Assembly (NCBI GenBank): GCA_965240325.2
Contig: OZ251238.1
Location: 1,308,908 to 1,340,907 of the forward strand
DNA: 32,000 bases
From: Rebecca billardiae RCC1528
Lineage: Eukaryota; Protista; Haptophyta
Direction of reading: 5' to 3'
Every line of letters begins with the position of its first letter. The first letter of the stretch is position 1. Positions 27,904 to 32,000 of this stretch are shown piece after piece. Position numbers and translations under genes: made by a program. Under the pieces are notes generated by a model that searched no databases, was not told the DNA's origin, and saw only the letters and a list, made by a program, of their open reading frames with translations.

Positions 27904-28623
27904 TCACGCCGTCGACTCGCTGCACAGGAACGGCAGCACGGCCACGTCACACGGCCGCTCCTCCCACCGCCCCGCCGCGCCGATCACAGCGCAGCCCGCG
28001 CGCGACGGGTCGCCCCTCGGCTGACCGGCCGCCCAGTTGGCCAGCGCGAGCTCGCGCTCGCCTGCGGCCCAGCCCCAGCCCTGCGTCGTGTTGTCTGCAG
28101 CCAGCGGCAAGCCGGCCGGTCTGCGCAGGCCGATCCAGACGCCGTCCAGGGGCGCGTCCCCGCACGCGCACGCGGCGAGCTCCGCCTCCGAGCGCGTGCG
28201 GACGGCGCCGAGCGCGCGCCCTTCGGCGGCGCACGCGGCGCGCGCTCCATCCCACGCGCGCGGCGCGCCGCTGCCCCCCCGCCCGCCGCGGTAGGCGAAG
28301 CGCGCCCGGCCGCCGTGCGCGGCCGCGTCCCGAGCGACGAGCTCGGCGCATGCCTTGCAGTGCTGCTGCGCGGGCATCGTCATGAGACCCACCAGCCCGC
28401 CAATCAGCGCGCCCGTGAGCACGCCCACCAGCACCAGAAGCACCAACGAGCGCCGACGGCGCACCAGCGCAGAGCGGCCGTGCGGCGCCAGCCCGATGGC
28501 GCCGCCGCCTCTCCCGGGGCTGGGCAGCGAGACGCCGCCGCCGGGGCTCGGCGTGACGCTGGACGCCGAGCGCTCGACGACGGCGGGTATTCGCAGCGTG
28601 AGCTCGCGCTGCGGCGACTGCAC
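27904..28623 (-). CDS. Membrane-anchored C-type-lectin-like protein
   Basis: TM RSLVLLVLVGVLTGALIGGLVGLM then WDGARAACAAEGRALGAVRTRSEAELAAC...VWIGLRRPAG...WGWAAGERELALANWAAGQP...CAVIGAAGRWEERPCDVAVLPFLC*, the CTLD long-form pattern. Confidence 0.83.
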   Translation of the reverse strand: MQSPQRELTLRIPAVVERSASSVTPSPGGGVSLPSPGRGGGAIGLAPHGRSALVRRRRSLVLLVLVGVLTGALIGGLVGLMTMPAQQHCKACAELVARDAAAHGGRARFAYRGGRGGSGAPRAWDGARAACAAEGRALGAVRTRSEAELAACACGDAPLDGVWIGLRRPAGLPLAADNTTQGWGWAAGERELALANWAAGQPRGDPSRAGCAVIGAAGRWEERPCDVAVLPFLCSESTA

Positions 28624-28771
28624 GCTCGCAGCCGACTCCGCCCGCCCAGACCTGCCGGCCGAGAAGCGCGCCTCCCAGAACCACTGCGCAGACTGCGCGG
28701 TGCTCAGCCGAGCGCGCGGCGGCGACGGGCACTCGGCGCTGGTGCGCGCACTCGACCGAGAGGAGCGGCGC

Positions 28772-29773
28772 TCAGCCGCGGCGGCGCTGGTGCGCGCGGC
28801 GGCGCCGTCGGAGCGCGCGGCGGCGCTCGCCGCTCGCCTCCGGCTCCGCGCGCGCTCGCCCGAGGCGCGCGCGCGGCGCGCGCCTCGGCCGCGGCGGCGT
28901 CGGCGCGCCGGCCGGCAGCACGAGCGCGGCCGTGCGTTCAGGCTGTCCGCCGGCAGCGGCGGTCGTGGCGCCTCCGCTGCGCGCGGACGTCAGCGTACCG
29001 CCCCCAGGCGCCGCGCCAGCGGGCGCGGTGTCAGCGGGCGGTGGTGCGGGCGAGCTCGCGTCTGCGGGGGCGGCGGCGCGGTGAGCGCCGACAAGCGCAG
29101 CCAGCTGGCGCCGCAGCCCTCGGGAGTCGGAGGCTGAGCGCGCCAGCGCCTTTGGCGGCTCGTGCAGCGGCGAGCGTGACCGCGACGACCACGAGCGAGC
29201 GCTGCTGGCGCCGTCGCTCGCGCTCGTCGCGCCCCCGGGCTCGTCCGTCCCTCGATCTCGCGGCGATCTCGGCGTCGAGGAGAGCGCGCGCGCCAACAGC
29301 CAGCCACCCGCGGCGATCGGCGAGGAGCAGCCCGCGGCCGCCGCGCCCGAGCGGTGCTCCGCGCGCGCCGCCGCGTCGAGCTCGGCGGTGCGCAGCTCGG
29401 AGTACGTCGCCTTCGGCGCGGAGAGGAGCAGCTCGCGCACCAGCCGGTTGAAGTCGCCGAGCGTGCCGCACGCGCCCTCGATGCACGAGAGCAGCCGGTC
29501 GTAGTCCGCAGCGAGGAAGCAGTCGCACGCGCGCGCGTCGAAGCGCGCGCCAAAGCGCGTCGCATCGTCCCCGCAAGGGCCTTGGTCGCCGCACACGCCG
29601 GGCAGCAGGCCCATCTCGACCTCGGTGCCGCCCATCTGCACGAAGACAAAGAGCTGCGCGCACGCACGCGCGCGCGGGGGGGGGGCGACCCGCCGAGTGG
29701 CGCCAGGGGGGGGCGGGAGGTGATGAGGAGGGCACGCGGCAGCTGGCAGACGGCGCGGCGCTGCGGGTGTCAC
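28772..29773 (-). CDS. Hypothetical Cys-containing, Ser/Pro/Ala-rich protein; probably begins with an exon downstream of 29670 rather than at the ORF start
   Basis: QLFVFVQMGGTEVEMGLLPGVCGDQGPCGDDATRFGARFDARACDCFLAADYDRLLSCIEGACGTLGDFNRLVRELLLSAPKATYSELRTAEL looks protein-like; preceded on - by gcgcgcag, a plausible splice acceptor. Confidence 0.45.
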   Translation of the reverse strand: MTPAAPRRLPAAACPPHHLPPPPGATRRVAPPPRARACAQLFVFVQMGGTEVEMGLLPGVCGDQGPCGDDATRFGARFDARACDCFLAADYDRLLSCIEGACGTLGDFNRLVRELLLSAPKATYSELRTAELDAAARAEHRSGAAAAGCSSPIAAGGWLLARALSSTPRSPRDRGTDEPGGATSASDGASSARSWSSRSRSPLHEPPKALARSASDSRGLRRQLAALVGAHRAAAPADASSPAPPPADTAPAGAAPGGGTLTSARSGGATTAAAGGQPERTAALVLPAGAPTPPRPRRAPRARLGRARAEPEASGERRRALRRRRRAHQRRRG

Positions 29774-30020
29774 TCGCCAGGCGCCGTCATGCGGAGCACG
29801 GCGCCAACGGCTGCACAGGGCTGGAGGCGCAGCGGGCGCAGGCGCGGGCGCACCTCAACGACACACCACAGGCTGCGCGCGCAGCAGACGCCGCGGGCCC
29901 GGTCCGGGGCGGGTCCGGCGCCGGAGGGGAGGGGCGCGCTCCGGGGCGGGTCAGCTCGCAGCAGCGCCGCCAACAAAGACGCGCGCGCGCGCCATCGAGC
30001 GGGCAGCAGCAGGCGCCTAT

Positions 30021-30050
30021 ACCCTAACCCTAGCCACCCAAACCCTCACC
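30021..30050. repeat. Short interstitial telomere-like sequence (accctaaccctagccacccaaaccctcacc)
   Basis: Contains CCCTAACCCTA; only about two units plus degenerate flanks. Confidence 0.6.
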
Positions 30051-30143
30051 TAGGCAGCAGCAGCAGGCACCTCGCCCCGGCGTCGCGCGTGCCTCCGCGC
30101 GCGCGGCTGCGCCCGCCGCCCCGCCTTGGGCGCACGCGCGCAC

Positions 30144-31987
30144 CGCTGCAGGTAGGTGTCGCCCGCGAGGATCAGCAGCCGGTTGCAGCCGGCCAGGAAG
30201 ACCGGCAGGCTCGGCAGGTCGGCGTCGATGTTGGACTGGTCGATGCAGCACTGGCGGCGCGCGGGACGCGCGCGCGGGGAGGGCGGGCGGAGGCACACCA
30301 CGCGCGCGCGTGAGTGCGCGCACGCGCGCCCGAGCGGCAGGGCGGTGGTGGCTGGGCAGCGCAGGTGGCAGGCAGTGCCCCGCACGCGCGCGCAGCCGGC
30401 ACCGCGGCACACCTTGCGAGCGCTGCGCACGCAGCCGCCGCCGCGGCTGTCGGCGCAGGCGGCTCCGGGTGCAGCGGCCGTCCATCCGAGCGGGGGCCCG
30501 CCGCTCCCGCCGCTTGCCCGGCCACGGCCGCCGCCGCTGCGCCAACGGGCCGCCAAGCAAACACGCCCTTCCCACCCTTCGCTGCCCGCTTCGCTGCATG
30601 CGCACACCTTGTCGATCCAGAGGTAGGGCTGCCGGCCGTGTGCGCCCGCAAAGCGCTCGCACCACGCGTGCAGCTCCGTCCACTTGTGCTGCGGGTCGTC
30701 GTGCCAGCTGCACGGCGGCGCGGCGCGCGCGCGCACGCGGGGTGGGCGGAGCAGAGGCGCGCGCGCAGACGGGCGGGCGCATGCACACGCGTCGGAACCG
30801 CGCGTGCGGTGGATCCGCGCGACGCTGCGGCTCTCGCGCGCGCGCTCCGCGCGGCCGGGCGCGCGCGCGTCGGCCGTCGGGCGCGCGCGCGCCGCGCACC
30901 TGTGCGAGACGAAGGCGTCGACCATCTCGAGGTGCGCCGGCACCGAGCGCTCGTACCACGCGTTGTCCGCCGCGTTCGTCTCGAACACCTCGCGCGTGAG
31001 GCTGCTCGCGAGGATTGCGCGCATACGCTGCCGCCCCGATCGGATCGCGGCCTCAGGCGCCATGTCCTCCGCCAGCAGGGAGGCGATGCTCGCCGCGGTG
31101 CGCACGTTCTCGCCGCCCGCGGCGAGCGTCGCCTGCACGCGCTGCAGCACGCCGGGGATCCAGAAGAACCCCGCGAGCGGCGCGGACACCAGCAGAATAC
31201 CCACCTCGCCTATGAGCCGCGCCGAGCTCGTATACGCGGGTACAAAGTGAAGGCCTGCGCCGAGCGCGTACGCGGCGCCGCAGCCGGTGATGACGTAGAA
31301 CGCACCGAAGACCTTCCAGAGGCGTCGGAGCATCCAGCGCGACGTGACGGCGTCGGACGCGGGCGGCGCGCTCACCGCGCCATCGGGCGGCGCGTCGTTC
31401 CGCTCGCCCACTTTCACAGCCGTGGCCCACGTGCGCTGCCGCGGCGGCGCGCGGTACCAGCGCGCGAGCCCGGCGATGTAGTAGAGGACGAACATCAGGT
31501 GGAAGGCGCCGTGCCACGCGACGCGCGCGAACGCGTCGTGCGCGTCGTACAGCACGCGGCAGTCCGCCACGCCGAACACGCGTGTCGCGCCCGGCAGCGC
31601 CTGCAGCGCCAGGAACACAGCCGCAAGCAGGAAATTGCATGCAAGCATCAGGTACGTGGCGCCGAGGACGAGGCGCTGGTCGACCGGGAGGACGGGGAGG
31701 ACGACCAGCCAGCTCGTGCACATGCCCAGCACGAAGCCCGCGTAGATGCGCCACGTCCACTCGCCCTGGTCCAGCATGATGAGCGTGAGCCCGCCGAGCG
31801 AGCCGAGCCCGCCGACGACGAGCGGCGGCACCGTGAGCTTGCGCCGTCGTGCGCGGCTCGTGGCGCGCGAGTGCTCGAGCTGGGAGCGAATGCGGTCGAC
31901 GCGCGTGCTGTGGGCCGCATCGTCGCCCGCGCCGTCCGCGGGCTCCTGGTCGAAGGGCACGACCGTGGCGACCTTCGACGCGCGCAT
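30144..31987 (-). CDS. Multi-TM protein fused to a cytosolic SHSWHDD / WIDKxCIDQ signalling-type domain; exons 30900-31987, 30608-30707, 30144-30250, C-terminus not found
   Basis: ATG at 31987; several TM helices (IYAGFVLGMCTSWLVVLPVL, YLMLACNFLLAAVFLALQAL, LIGEVGILLVSAPLAGFFWI); spliced domain EMVDAFVSHS|WHDDPQHKWTELHAWCERFAGAHGRQPYLWIDK|CCIDQSNIDADLPSLPVFLAGCNRLLILAGDTYLQR. Introns GT-AG and in phase. Confidence 0.82.
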
Positions 31988-32000
31988 CGCAGCGGGTCGC

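Noticed and set aside
25903-29451. 1182-aa plus-strand ORF, longest in the window
   Set aside because: Antisense across at least three motif-bearing minus-strand genes; Arg/Ala/Pro-rich with no recognisable domain.
30021-30050. Chromosome end (telomere)
   Set aside because: Only about two CCCTAA-like units, and gene sequence continues on both sides, so at most an interstitial telomere-like trace.
1-32000. tRNA and rRNA genes
   Set aside because: I looked by eye for T-arm GGTTCRA-type motifs and conserved rRNA segments and found none I could support; tRNAscan-SE/Rfam would be needed to exclude them.

Overview
High-GC, intron-containing, protein-dense DNA that looks like a nuclear contig from a unicellular alga (inference; a haptophyte-like genome is possible but unproven). 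Gene models I can support: (1) hybrid sensor histidine kinase on -, running off the left edge; (2) MATE-family transporter (-); (3) Sel1-repeat + MYND zinc-finger protein (-); (4) exostosin/GT47-like protein (-); (5) class III PLP-dependent (glutamate-1-semialdehyde aminomutase-like) aminotransferase with a hydrophobic N-terminus (+); (6) galactokinase-like GHMP kinase (-); (7) divergently transcribed RING-CH/MARCH-like membrane protein (+); (8) spliced gene with two tandem SpoVS/Alba-superfamily-like domains (-); (9) three-exon type II membrane protein with a propeller-like ectodomain (-); (10) membrane-anchored C-type-lectin-like protein (-); (11) Cys-containing ORF (-); (12) multi-TM protein fused to an 'SHSWHDD...WIDKCCIDQ' intracellular signalling-type domain (-), spliced. 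Between genes there are a perfect 293-bp tandem duplication next to the histidine kinase start, a 5-copy ~64-bp tandem array with compensatory hairpin changes, a 375-bp-period tandem duplication, dispersed repeats interrupting a truncated epimerase-like ORF, a 24-nt-armed strong hairpin, and a telomere-like interstitial motif. Most of the long ORFs in the supplied track are antisense or out-of-frame shadows caused by GC bias, and several real genes are only seen after splicing introns with a recurrent GTGCGY donor. The strongest candidate for novelty is the tandem SpoVS-like gene, followed by the TM + SHSWHDD-domain gene.
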